From Candidatus Caldarchaeales archaeon (GTDB lineage: Archaea; Thermoproteota; Nitrososphaeria_A; Caldarchaeales; Wolframiiraptoraceae), in contig JBCNVN010000025.1 of NCBI GenBank assembly GCA_039630055.1, forward strand, positions 1 through 21,753: a stretch of 21,753 nucleotides of DNA, written 5' to 3'. The position numbers were made by a program, and so were the translations under genes. Below the pieces are notes generated by a model. That model made no database searches and had not been told where the DNA came from. It was given only the letters and a program-made list of their open reading frames with translations. This document shows positions 8,417 to 17,169 of the stretch, one piece after another. Every line of letters begins with the position of its first letter. Position 1 is the first letter of the stretch.

Positions 8417-9727
8417 CTATCTTCTTATACTCATCGCTCGTGCGTGGGCTGGAAAACCTTCATATTCAGCTAAAGCTTGAACTGTTTCATACATCTTCTT
8501 GAAGCCTCTAGGTCCTCTTAACTCCTCGACAGTAGGTTTCTTCAAGAATGTATCGACATTTAAACCGGAATAGAGTCTTGCATATCCTCCAGTGGGGAGG
8601 GTTGAGTTGGGGCCTATCCCGAAGTTCCCAGCCGAGATAGGAGTATTAAGACATACTGTTCCAAAATTCTTCAACTTCTTAGAGTATTTCTGAAAGATCT
8701 TCCTAGCATTCTTACTATCGATAGCCAAGTGCTCTGGTGCATACGAATTTATGAAGTCTATCGCTTCGTCAAGATCATCACAGACGATTATTCCGCTATA
8801 CTTTTGAGCATTCTCTTTTACATAGCTCCTTCTAGGCTCGGGTAAAACTTCAATAGCTTTATCGATCTCCTCTCTGACTTTCTCAGCATAATCGAATGAT
8901 GTTGTAACCAAGACAACTGCTGAATCAGGACCGTGCTCAGCCTCATTGAGTACATTCCATGCTACCCATTCAGCTGGGAGTGTACCATCAGCTAGTACTA
9001 ATGCCTCGCTTGGACCTGCTGGAAGATCTGTTCTAACAATGTCTCGTACCAAAAGCTTTGATACGTATGTGTAAGGTCCCCCCGGCCCAGCAATTACATC
9101 GACAGGTTTTATCAATCTTGTTCCATAGGCAAATGCAGCAATAGCATGGGCTCCACCCATGATATAGAACTCATGAGCTCCGGAAAGATGCGCAGTTACT
9201 AGAGTTGCTGGATCCATCATCATCTCGTTCCTGAATGGTGGGGAGGCGACAGCTATCCTAGAAACTCCTGCAATGCTTGCAGGAATAGTTACCATCGCTG
9301 CTACCGATGGGTAAGATGCTTTTCCGGAGGGAACGTATAGCCCAGCAGATTCAAGTGGGATTACTCTCTGACCAGCGTAGACGCCGTTCTCGATCTTGAT
9401 CATCCAACTTCGAGGAGCCTGTCTTCTATGGAATTTTCTAACATTCCTGATGAGGTGTTTGATGGCTTTCAGCAATCTTGGTTCTATATTCTTATATGCT
9501 CTAGCAACTTCTTCTTTTTTAATCACTATCTCCTCCGGCTTAACCTTTCTTCCAACCTGCTGGGAGAGAAACTCTGCTATAGCCTCATCACCTTTCTCTC
9601 TAACATCTTCTAAGATCCTCTTGACATCTTCTTCAATCTTCTTTATGTCCAGAATAGAACGCTTCATAATCCTCTTCAACACATCTTCAGGGATTTGCTT
9701 TAAAGTATAGATCTGGAAGATGGGCAC
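8417..9727 (-). CDS. divergent histidinol dehydrogenase (HisD) paralogue
   Basis: GLYVPSG, GGAHAIAAFAYGT, PAGPSE, EAEH, APEHL, LPTGG, EGFPAHA; full-length HisD fold with non-canonical active-site residues. Confidence 0.9.
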   Translation of the reverse strand: MPIFQIYTLKQIPEDVLKRIMKRSILDIKKIEEDVKRILEDVREKGDEAIAEFLSQQVGRKVKPEEIVIKKEEVARAYKNIEPRLLKAIKHLIRNVRKFHRRQAPRSWMIKIENGVYAGQRVIPLESAGLYVPSGKASYPSVAAMVTIPASIAGVSRIAVASPPFRNEMMMDPATLVTAHLSGAHEFYIMGGAHAIAAFAYGTRLIKPVDVIAGPGGPYTYVSKLLVRDIVRTDLPAGPSEALVLADGTLPAEWVAWNVLNEAEHGPDSAVVLVTTSFDYAEKVREEIDKAIEVLPEPRRSYVKENAQKYSGIIVCDDLDEAIDFINSYAPEHLAIDSKNARKIFQKYSKKLKNFGTVCLNTPISAGNFGIGPNSTLPTGGYARLYSGLNVDTFLKKPTVEELRGPRGFKKMYETVQALAEYEGFPAHARAMSIRR

Positions 9728-9750
9728 AAAGGGTCATTCATGCTGGCAAG

Positions 9751-9757
9751 ATTTAAA
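9751..9757 (-). promoter_or_regulatory. putative TATA box for hisD-like gene (near-leaderless)
   Basis: TTTAAAT ending 23 nt before the GTG start at 9727. Confidence 0.5.
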
Positions 9758-9845
9758 TATTGTCCATGGTTTCCCAAGAAGAGCGTGTAGGCTTCTCGAC
9801 AACCAATTCATTAAATGTAGAGAGTCATAGTTAATTCTTTAATAT

Positions 9846-10697
9846 ATGGTTTTTAACATAATTTGTAGACCTGTTTTGAGTAATCTAGATGTACTTGAAG
9901 CCGCCATCAAAGAAATTAAGAATGGGAGAAAGGCTGTTATAGCTACGATAGTTAAGAAGACTGGGTCTGCTCCGAGAGATGCTGGTACCAAGATGCTGAT
10001 AAGAGAAGACGGCACAACGGTTGGAACTATTGGAGGGGGATCATTCGAGATGATGGTGTGGAGAGATTCTATGGAGGCTCTTAGAGAAGGTAAACCTATA
10101 GTTAAAAAGTATTTTTTTAGGAAAGAGGCTACCAGTGGGGGTGCAGAGACAGGATTAATATGTGGAGGAGAAGTAGAAGTGTATATGGATGTCTTGAAAC
10201 CTACGCCTAGAATTATCCTTATAGGAGCGGGCCACATCTCAGAAGCAATATCAAAGATTGTATCTATGCTTGGATATAGGATCGTCATAGTAGATTCTAA
10301 TCCAGAGTTTGCAAATAAGGATAGATTTCCTATGGCTGAGCAAATTTTTGTATCAAATGATTTTAGAGACTGGGTTGATGGTGTAAAGCCTGCTGAGAGT
10401 GATCTCATACTGATAGTCTACGGTGAGATTGAAGAAGATTACAAGGCTCTCACATCAGCATTGAAGACACATGCTCGTTATATTGGGCTTCTCGGTAGTA
10501 GAAGAAAGTGTGCAGAGTTTCTGAGAAGGCTTAGAGGGGAAGGTTATAAGGATGAAGAACTCTTAGGGAGATTATACATGCCTGTTGGGATAGATATTGG
10601 AGCAGATACACCTGAAGAGATATCGGTGGCGATAGTCGCTGAAATTATAAAGATACAGAGAGGTGGGGAACTAAAACATCTAACATTACTAAAGTGA
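9846..10697 (+). CDS. xdhC: XdhC/CoxI family molybdoenzyme maturation factor (true start may be TTG 9876)
   Basis: GSAPRDAGTKM, GTIGGG, ICGG, GAGHIS, YIGLLGSRRK, PVGIDIGADTPEEISVAIVAEII; TATA-like TTTAATATA at 9838-9846 overlaps the first ATG. Confidence 0.93.
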   Translation: MVFNIICRPVLSNLDVLEAAIKEIKNGRKAVIATIVKKTGSAPRDAGTKMLIREDGTTVGTIGGGSFEMMVWRDSMEALREGKPIVKKYFFRKEATSGGAETGLICGGEVEVYMDVLKPTPRIILIGAGHISEAISKIVSMLGYRIVIVDSNPEFANKDRFPMAEQIFVSNDFRDWVDGVKPAESDLILIVYGEIEEDYKALTSALKTHARYIGLLGSRRKCAEFLRRLRGEGYKDEELLGRLYMPVGIDIGADTPEEISVAIVAEIIKIQRGGELKHLTLLK

Positions 10698-10751
10698 AAA
10701 GATAGAACAAATCTAGAGTAAGACATTAATCTCTTTCAGGATTATTGAAGA

Positions 10752-10759
10752 TTTAAATA
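10752..10759 (+). promoter_or_regulatory. TATA box for small ORF
   Basis: TTTAAATA ending 22 nt before the ATG at 10782, leaderless spacing. Confidence 0.55.
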
Positions 10760-10781
10760 AGGGTCTGAAAAAGATTCCGAT

Positions 10782-10922
10782 ATGGATGTTGAATCCGAGA
10801 TCTCTTCTCTTAGAGAGAGAGTTGTCAAGCTGGAGACAAAGGTTGAAGAATTAAACAAAGACCTTGAATCTATTAGAGCCTATATTAGAACTCTGTATGA
10901 ATATCTAATAAAGAGAACGTGA
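10782..10922 (+). CDS. 46-aa coiled-coil microprotein (not in ORF track)
   Basis: MDVESEISSLRERVVKLETKVEELNKDLESIRAYIRTLYEYLIKRT; unbroken heptad pattern, own TATA box, fills the intergenic gap. Confidence 0.75.
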   Translation: MDVESEISSLRERVVKLETKVEELNKDLESIRAYIRTLYEYLIKRT

Positions 10923-10936
10923 AGGTATTCTGGACT

Positions 10937-11344
10937 CTATGGTGGGGGTGGCGGCGCCATTGAATAATACGATGATTTTGTAGAAGGTTTCCATACTAAA
11001 CCGAGTATACTTCCAATCAATGCAAGTATAAATCCTATTATGAAACCTCCACCAGTAGAAAGGCTTAGAATAGAGAAGACTAGTACGATTATTGAACCCG
11101 CCCTTACTCTAGATGGTTCATCTGAATTTATCAATATAGCTCCAATCAAGACCATTATTCCAAATATTAATCCAAGAATGCCTGCTATAATGATTAGTGC
11201 TCCGAGACCTCCTAGGAATGGTATAAGCATCATAACTCCACCGAATATTCCAGCAAATAGAGCGATTACTATGCTTCCAAGTATAATTAGGATGCCTCCT
11301 ATGAGAGATAGGATGAATGCTGCGGTAGGACGCTCTCCAGACAT
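10937..11344 (-). CDS. Gly-rich multi-pass membrane protein of unknown function
   Basis: About 4-5 hydrophobic helices, STGGGFIIGFILALIGSILG, C-terminal PPPPP; TTTAAAA TATA at 11367-11373 on the minus strand. Confidence 0.8.
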   Translation of the reverse strand: MSGERPTAAFILSLIGGILIILGSIVIALFAGIFGGVMMLIPFLGGLGALIIIAGILGLIFGIMVLIGAILINSDEPSRVRAGSIIVLVFSILSLSTGGGFIIGFILALIGSILGLVWKPSTKSSYYSMAPPPPP

Positions 11345-11433
11345 GGAGATTCTCTGTATATTTCCCTTTTAAATCTTTCTCATAAAACTATCCATAATAC
11401 TACTTAACAGAGTGAATCGAACATAGTATTTTC

Positions 11434-11904
11434 TCATTCTCTTGATGAGATCTTTTCAGCAGCCTTCTCTATGGCTTTTATAATATTTATGTATCCTGTA
11501 CATCTACAAAGATTTCCCTTAATGTATTCTATGATCTCTTCTCTTGAAGGTTTCTTCTTCTCTTCTAGCAAAGCTTTAGTAATCATTATGAATCCTGGTG
11601 TACAGTATCCACATTGGATCGCTCCTTCCTCCACGAATGCTTCTTGAACTGGATCGAGTTCTCCATCTGCATCAAGACCTTCAATAGTGGTTATCCTTCT
11701 CCCATCTACTTCAACTGCCAACGTCAGACATGAGAGAACAGGTTCTCCATCAACGAGTACTGTGCATGCTCCACATTCACCTATCCCGCAACCATACTTA
11801 GCTCCAGTCAATCCCAGCTTTTCTCTAAGAACGTTAAGTAAGAGTTCGTTAGACTCCACATCCAGCATCTTCCTTATACCATTCACGATCAATTCTATCT
11901 TCAT
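11434..11904 (-). CDS. Mo-hydroxylase 2Fe-2S small subunit (CoxS/CutS family)
   Basis: GCGIGECGAC, SC, QCGYCTPG, GNLCRCTGY; ATGA overlap with the FAD subunit. Confidence 0.95.
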   Translation of the reverse strand: MKIELIVNGIRKMLDVESNELLLNVLREKLGLTGAKYGCGIGECGACTVLVDGEPVLSCLTLAVEVDGRRITTIEGLDADGELDPVQEAFVEEGAIQCGYCTPGFIMITKALLEEKKKPSREEIIEYIKGNLCRCTGYINIIKAIEKAAEKISSRE

Positions 11905-12803
11905 TTCTTCACCCTCTCCACCGCGATTTTTATAGCATCTCTAACAAGAATCTTGGAGACCTCTCTTCTATACCATTCAGTAGACCTGACATCTGTTATT
12001 GGTTTGACTTCTTCAGCGACGATCTCTTGAACAACTCTAAGATTCTCTTCAGTGATAGACCTAGATTTAAGATATTCTTCAGCTTTAGTTATTCTAATTG
12101 GGGTTGGTGCTACCGCTCCTAAGGCTATTCTACATTCTTCAACCAATTCTCCATTAAGCTTGATGAAGACGGCCACGTTTACTTTAGCAAGATCTACACC
12201 AACTCTACCAATCTTCAAGAAGGAGCTTCCGGAGTTTATAGGTGGATAGGGGATTGACACTTCTCTAACTATTTCATTATCTTCTAGACACGTTGCTCCA
12301 GGACCTTTAAAGAATTCATTAATCGGTATTGTTCTCTTTCCATTCAAGCTCTCAGCTACGACAGATGCATTGAATACGAGTAGTGGTGGTGCGGTATCAG
12401 CTGCCGGGCTTGCATTACATATATTTCCAACTAATGTACCCATATTCCTGATCTGTACCGATCCAATCGACTTCACAGCTTCATGTAATGCTTGAAATCT
12501 TTCCTGAACAATTCTACTCTTTTCTATCATCTTCAGCTTTACTGCTGCTCCTATCCTCATCGCTATACCATCTTCTAGAACATACTCTAGATCCTTGATC
12601 TTTTTTAGACTGATTATATGTTCAGGTGTTTTTCTCCGAAGCTTCATATCTACTATAAGGTCTGTGCCACCGGCCAGTATTCTCGCCCTCTCTCTATACC
12701 GGTCTATCAACTTCAATAATTCTTCCAAGTTTTCCGGAGAATGGTAAGATGGCTTAATAGGAACGATATGCGTATTGACTAAATTTATGTAATCCGCTCT
12801 CAC
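11901..12803 (-). CDS. Mo-hydroxylase FAD-binding medium subunit (CoxM/CutM family)
   Basis: AGGTDL, SVQIRNMGTLVGN..NASPAAD, GAVAPTP, PITDVRS. Confidence 0.95.
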   Translation of the reverse strand: MRADYINLVNTHIVPIKPSYHSPENLEELLKLIDRYRERARILAGGTDLIVDMKLRRKTPEHIISLKKIKDLEYVLEDGIAMRIGAAVKLKMIEKSRIVQERFQALHEAVKSIGSVQIRNMGTLVGNICNASPAADTAPPLLVFNASVVAESLNGKRTIPINEFFKGPGATCLEDNEIVREVSIPYPPINSGSSFLKIGRVGVDLAKVNVAVFIKLNGELVEECRIALGAVAPTPIRITKAEEYLKSRSITEENLRVVQEIVAEEVKPITDVRSTEWYRREVSKILVRDAIKIAVERVKK

Positions 12804-12804
12804 A

Positions 12805-15162
12805 TTATCTTACCTCCACAATTTTCTCGATTTCTCTCTCCTTCTCCTTCAATTTTTCTAAGACCTTCTCTGGAGTAATCGGTAGCTCGTAGAATCTTAT
12901 ACCTATAGCATTGTAAATAGCATTGGCTATCGCTGCTATTGCTGGGTTCTGAGCTCCTTCACCCAGTCCTTTTGCACCAAATGGCCCAGTAGGCTCATAC
13001 GTCTCCACGAAGAACGTTTCGATCTCATCTGGTATATCTATGGCCGTAGGCATCTTGTAATCTATTATGAGGCCTTTACATTCTATGTCTCCAGTCTCTC
13101 TACTATATTTCAGATCTTCTAGTATGGCTCTACTCCAACCCATCAAGAACCCTCCATGGAGCTGACCTTCTGCAAGGTCTGGGTTTATCACCGTTCCAAC
13201 ATCCGCTCCAATCACAACTTTCACAGGCTTAACCATCCCGGTCTCCGTATCTACCAATACCTCTACAAAATATCCAGTGAAGTGGGGTGGGCATGCTGGA
13301 GGCCTATAACTTTCTATCACCGCTATTGTTCCCCAGTTCTTTATCCTTGCAAGTGTAGCCAACTCACCTATAGTGATCTCCTTACCCTTTATTCCTTCAA
13401 CGTATACTACTCCTTGACCTCTTTCTTCATCTGGCCTTATCTTTAGCGAGTGTGGATATGCGTCTAAGATTCTCGATGCTATTTCAAGTATCTTCTTCTT
13501 GACCTGTCTAGCAGCGTTCAACGCTGCGCCTCCTCCAGCATAGACTCCTCTAGAAGCATGTGTACAGACATCGTAGATCGTTGTCTGAGTATCAGCTAAA
13601 ACTATATTTACATTCTTAAGCGGTACTCCGACCTCTTCTGCTATTATCTTGGCATGTGCTTCTAGAGTTCCTCCACCTTGGTCTACCATTGCGGTTATGT
13701 AGTCTAAGGTTCCATCCTCGTTTACCTTCAATATTGCTCCAGTATAGTCTATTACTTGGCTTGACACAGGTGCACCTGCACTAGATGTATGATATCCTCT
13801 AGCCATTCCTATTCCTCTTCTAATCCTACCTTTCTGAGAGCCTGGTCTAGGCCTAAATCTCCATCCGATAAGCTCTGCACCTTTCCTCAATATTTCTTCT
13901 ACACCACAGCTTCTTATAACTGATTTGACTGTTGGTCCTTGACCCCAGAATACATCTCCTTCACCAACATAGTTCTTGAGCCTGATCTCTATAGGATCTA
14001 TTCCTAGAATCTCTGCAAGCTCATCCATTATAGTTTCTACCGCCCATGTAACTTGAGGGTTTCCATACCCTCTATATGCACATGAAGGCACCTTATTCGT
14101 GTACACTGCTATTCCAGTATATCTTAAAGCTTGGAGTTTGTATAGCGAAACCCACCATCCAACACATGTTCCTAGTAATGGATATGCTTGGATCTGATGT
14201 GCACCTATGTCCATTATGTTGATCATTTGTCCACCGGTCAGTCTTCCATCCTTCTTTGCACCTATCTTGAACTTGAAGATCATCTGGTAGCTACTATGCT
14301 CATGCATATCTTCTTCTTTTGTATAGGCCAGTCTAACAGGTCTCCTAGTCTTTAGAGCTAATGCTACAGCGATCGGTAGGACAATATTCGTCTGTATGCT
14401 GGAGCCGAAGCCACCTCCTAGAGCAACCTTCTTTACATTTATCTTACTGACTGGGATTCCGAAGATCTCACTTATGAGCAATCTAGTATTATGTATGCTT
14501 TGAGTCGTACACCATATAGTTAAACCTCCATCAGGTTCGGGGTTCACGACCGCGGTCTTAGGCTCAAGCTGGTTATGATAACCCTTGTTAGTCTTAAACT
14601 CCCTCTCGATAATTATATCCGAGTTCTTGAATGCTTCTTCCAGGTCTCCGTCTTGAATCTCAAGCCTACAAGCAACATTATTCTCAACCCTTATCTCTCT
14701 ATCGTTAAGGATTATCTTTTCATGGATCTTAGGCTTACCATCCATCATAGAATCCAATGGGTTGAAGATAGGCTCATAAACTTCAAATTCTACCTTTATC
14801 AGTTCTAGAGCTCTCTGAGCTTTTTCTTCCGTCTCCGCTGCTACGGCGGCTATGGGCTCACCGACAAAAGATGGCTTATCTGTTAAAACCCTCCAGTCTT
14901 TGTATGTTGCTTCAGGCGTGCTTATAAGTCTAGGACAGAATAAGGTATCTGGAACATCTTTAAACGTTATTACTATCGCACCCATCTTTTCAGCTTCACT
15001 AGTATCTATACTCTTCACCCTTGCATGGGGGAAAGGGCTCTTTAGAACTCTTGCATGAAGCATGTTTGGAAGATATATGTCTGAAGCATATTTTTCACGT
15101 CCAGTAACTTTTGCGATCGCATCCTTTCTAATAGTCTTCTTTCCAATAACATAAAGACCCAT
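12805..15162 (-). CDS. xanthine oxidase-family molybdopterin-binding large subunit, substrate unknown
   Basis: KVTG...Y..D, GGGFG, AYRGYGNPQ, ASRG, EGQLHGG, GPFGAKGLGE; lacks the form I CODH AYRCSFR motif. Confidence 0.93.
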   Translation of the reverse strand: MGLYVIGKKTIRKDAIAKVTGREKYASDIYLPNMLHARVLKSPFPHARVKSIDTSEAEKMGAIVITFKDVPDTLFCPRLISTPEATYKDWRVLTDKPSFVGEPIAAVAAETEEKAQRALELIKVEFEVYEPIFNPLDSMMDGKPKIHEKIILNDREIRVENNVACRLEIQDGDLEEAFKNSDIIIEREFKTNKGYHNQLEPKTAVVNPEPDGGLTIWCTTQSIHNTRLLISEIFGIPVSKINVKKVALGGGFGSSIQTNIVLPIAVALALKTRRPVRLAYTKEEDMHEHSSYQMIFKFKIGAKKDGRLTGGQMINIMDIGAHQIQAYPLLGTCVGWWVSLYKLQALRYTGIAVYTNKVPSCAYRGYGNPQVTWAVETIMDELAEILGIDPIEIRLKNYVGEGDVFWGQGPTVKSVIRSCGVEEILRKGAELIGWRFRPRPGSQKGRIRRGIGMARGYHTSSAGAPVSSQVIDYTGAILKVNEDGTLDYITAMVDQGGGTLEAHAKIIAEEVGVPLKNVNIVLADTQTTIYDVCTHASRGVYAGGGAALNAARQVKKKILEIASRILDAYPHSLKIRPDEERGQGVVYVEGIKGKEITIGELATLARIKNWGTIAVIESYRPPACPPHFTGYFVEVLVDTETGMVKPVKVVIGADVGTVINPDLAEGQLHGGFLMGWSRAILEDLKYSRETGDIECKGLIIDYKMPTAIDIPDEIETFFVETYEPTGPFGAKGLGEGAQNPAIAAIANAIYNAIGIRFYELPITPEKVLEKLKEKEREIEKIVEVR

Positions 15163-15296
15163 GAAGCTCTACGGTCTATCACTCTCGAAGAAGTTTATTA
15201 ATATTCTCAATACAATAATTGTAGTATAATATTTTGAAGATTCTTTATCTTTCAAAAGTAAACTCTTGATGGAAAAATCTCTAGATTTTAGATCTT

Positions 15297-15899
15297 CTAA
15301 AGATTGCTCATTATCTTTTTAAGATCTTCAGGGGTATCTATATCTATCACCGAGTATGGGCTTGACTCTACCTCTACAGTATCTTCCCAGTACTTTTCTA
15401 CTATCTCTTTTAAACCATGTTTCTCTTCCGATATATTCATTATCTCATTGATTATCTTGTTGGAGAAGAGTATTGGGTGGCCACGTCTTCCACGGTAAGA
15501 GGCCACCACTATCAATGCATTAGTGATCTGAAAGACCTCTATTAGCCTATTGATATCTTCTGGGGTTATGAATGCTACATCAGCTGGATGGATCATGACC
15601 CCATCCACCTCTCTTAAAACCTGTCTTACTCCAACCTTTACAGACATACTCTGTCCAAGCTCATAGTCTGGGTTATAGATTAGCATAATCCTATCATCTC
15701 TCATCTTCTCTAAAACTTCTCTTATCTTATCTGCTTCATGTCCTAATACGACTACTATCTTATCCACATTAGATTTTGAGCATGTTCTGATTATCTTCTC
15801 GATCATGTATTCTCCATCTATTCTCGTTAGAAGCTTGTTGCCTGGAAACCTAGAAGACTTTCCTGCTGCAAGTATAACTATTGAAACTTTTAGAGGCAT
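15297..15899 (-). CDS. mocA: molybdenum cofactor cytidylyltransferase (MocA-like)
   Basis: ILAAGKSSRF..NKLL, GQSMSVKVG, GRRGHPILF, DIDTPEDL; ATG 15899 follows a GAGGT SD (ORF track start 15923 probably too long); next to Mo hydroxylase. Confidence 0.85.
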   Translation of the reverse strand: MPLKVSIVILAAGKSSRFPGNKLLTRIDGEYMIEKIIRTCSKSNVDKIVVVLGHEADKIREVLEKMRDDRIMLIYNPDYELGQSMSVKVGVRQVLREVDGVMIHPADVAFITPEDINRLIEVFQITNALIVVASYRGRRGHPILFSNKIINEIMNISEEKHGLKEIVEKYWEDTVEVESSPYSVIDIDTPEDLKKIMSNL

Positions 15900-16014
15900 A
15901 AGGACCTCTATCCTCCTATTCAAAATAAGGTTAATAGTCTATTTTTAGTTTTTAACCTTAACTATAATTCGTCAGGCAAGAGGCTTTGAGAAATATTGAA
16001 GTGAATGTATCTGT

Positions 16015-17115
16015 CTAGAGCTTGAAGGATCCGTATTCGTATATCAGGCTTCCATCACCGTAAACCTTTCCATTCTTCATATCTAGGATAAAGTCCCAGT
16101 GGATTGCCGACTTATTCTCTCCTCCTGTATCAGGATATGCAGCTCCCAGAGCGATATGGATGCTTCCACCAATCTTCTCATCGAAGAGAATCTGCCTCGT
16201 ATACTTTTTAATACTATAGTTTAATCCAAACGCTATCTCACCGATCTTTCTAGCTCCATCATCTGTTCTAATTATCTCTCTAAGCTTGTCCTCTCCCTTT
16301 ACTGCATAAGCCTCGACTATCTCTCCCCTCTTAAAGACGAGCTTAACATCTTCAACCTCTATACCGCTCCAGATAGCTGGATAGGTAAATCTAATCTCTC
16401 CTTCAGCACTATCCTCAACCGGTGCCGAGAATACTTCACCGGCAGGCATATTATAGTGTCCATCATCATTTATCCACTTTCTTCCACCAATCTTCAAGGT
16501 TAGATCGGTGTCTTCTGAGATTATCCTTAGCTCATCGAGCTTTGCTAATAGCTCAACTATCTTTTCCTGTTCTTCAGCTTGAGCTCTCCATTTTTCAGTA
16601 GGGTTATCTGAGTCTACCATACATGCATCATAGACGAAGTCCTCATATTCTATGGGGCTCATTCCGGCTTCTTGAGCTAGAGCATTAGTGGGATAGACAG
16701 ATACAACCCATCTTAGCTCTTTTGCAGCATGTCTTCTCATAAATATCTCCATAATCTCCCTCGTCGCCGCTTTCCGCAATCTCAGCTTCTCTGGACTAAT
16801 TCCTATTAGAGGCTTTACATGGCTCCTCGAAATAATAGTAATCGAAGCATCGATCTTCTCGATCATGAACTTCTCTATAGGAGATAAATATTCTAGTCTC
16901 TTCTTATCAGCATACCTGTAGAATATCTCTTCTAGTATATCGTCTTGGAGAATGAGGTGAGGATATCCCCCAAATTGTAAGACTTGTCTGTAGACCTCTC
17001 TAACGAGTGGAAGAGCTTCAACTCCAGCTCTTATCAGAACTTCATCACCATCTCTAACTCCAATACTATATTCCGTTAAGAGTCTAGCCAATCTAGATAT
17101 TCTAATATCAACCAT
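16015..17115 (-). CDS. M29 family metallo-aminopeptidase (AmpT/AmpS-like)
   Basis: ALAQEAGMS, NMPAGEVFSAP, IGEIAFG, LFDEKIGGSIHIALGAAY, NKSAIHWD. Confidence 0.93.
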   Translation of the reverse strand: MVDIRISRLARLLTEYSIGVRDGDEVLIRAGVEALPLVREVYRQVLQFGGYPHLILQDDILEEIFYRYADKKRLEYLSPIEKFMIEKIDASITIISRSHVKPLIGISPEKLRLRKAATREIMEIFMRRHAAKELRWVVSVYPTNALAQEAGMSPIEYEDFVYDACMVDSDNPTEKWRAQAEEQEKIVELLAKLDELRIISEDTDLTLKIGGRKWINDDGHYNMPAGEVFSAPVEDSAEGEIRFTYPAIWSGIEVEDVKLVFKRGEIVEAYAVKGEDKLREIIRTDDGARKIGEIAFGLNYSIKKYTRQILFDEKIGGSIHIALGAAYPDTGGENKSAIHWDFILDMKNGKVYGDGSLIYEYGSFKL

Positions 17116-17169
17116 CTCAACAAGTAAACATTTATAATGATATTTTAATCTTCAACCCTCAATGTCTAA

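Noticed and set aside
4675-9727. Ordinary histidine biosynthesis operon (hisB, hisD)
   Set aside because: No other his genes in the window, genes interleaved with an importer, and key ligands substituted, so gene symbols were withheld
11434-15162. Aerobic CO dehydrogenase coxLMS
   Set aside because: Active-site loop is AYRGYG, lacking the Cu-binding Cys of AYRCSFR
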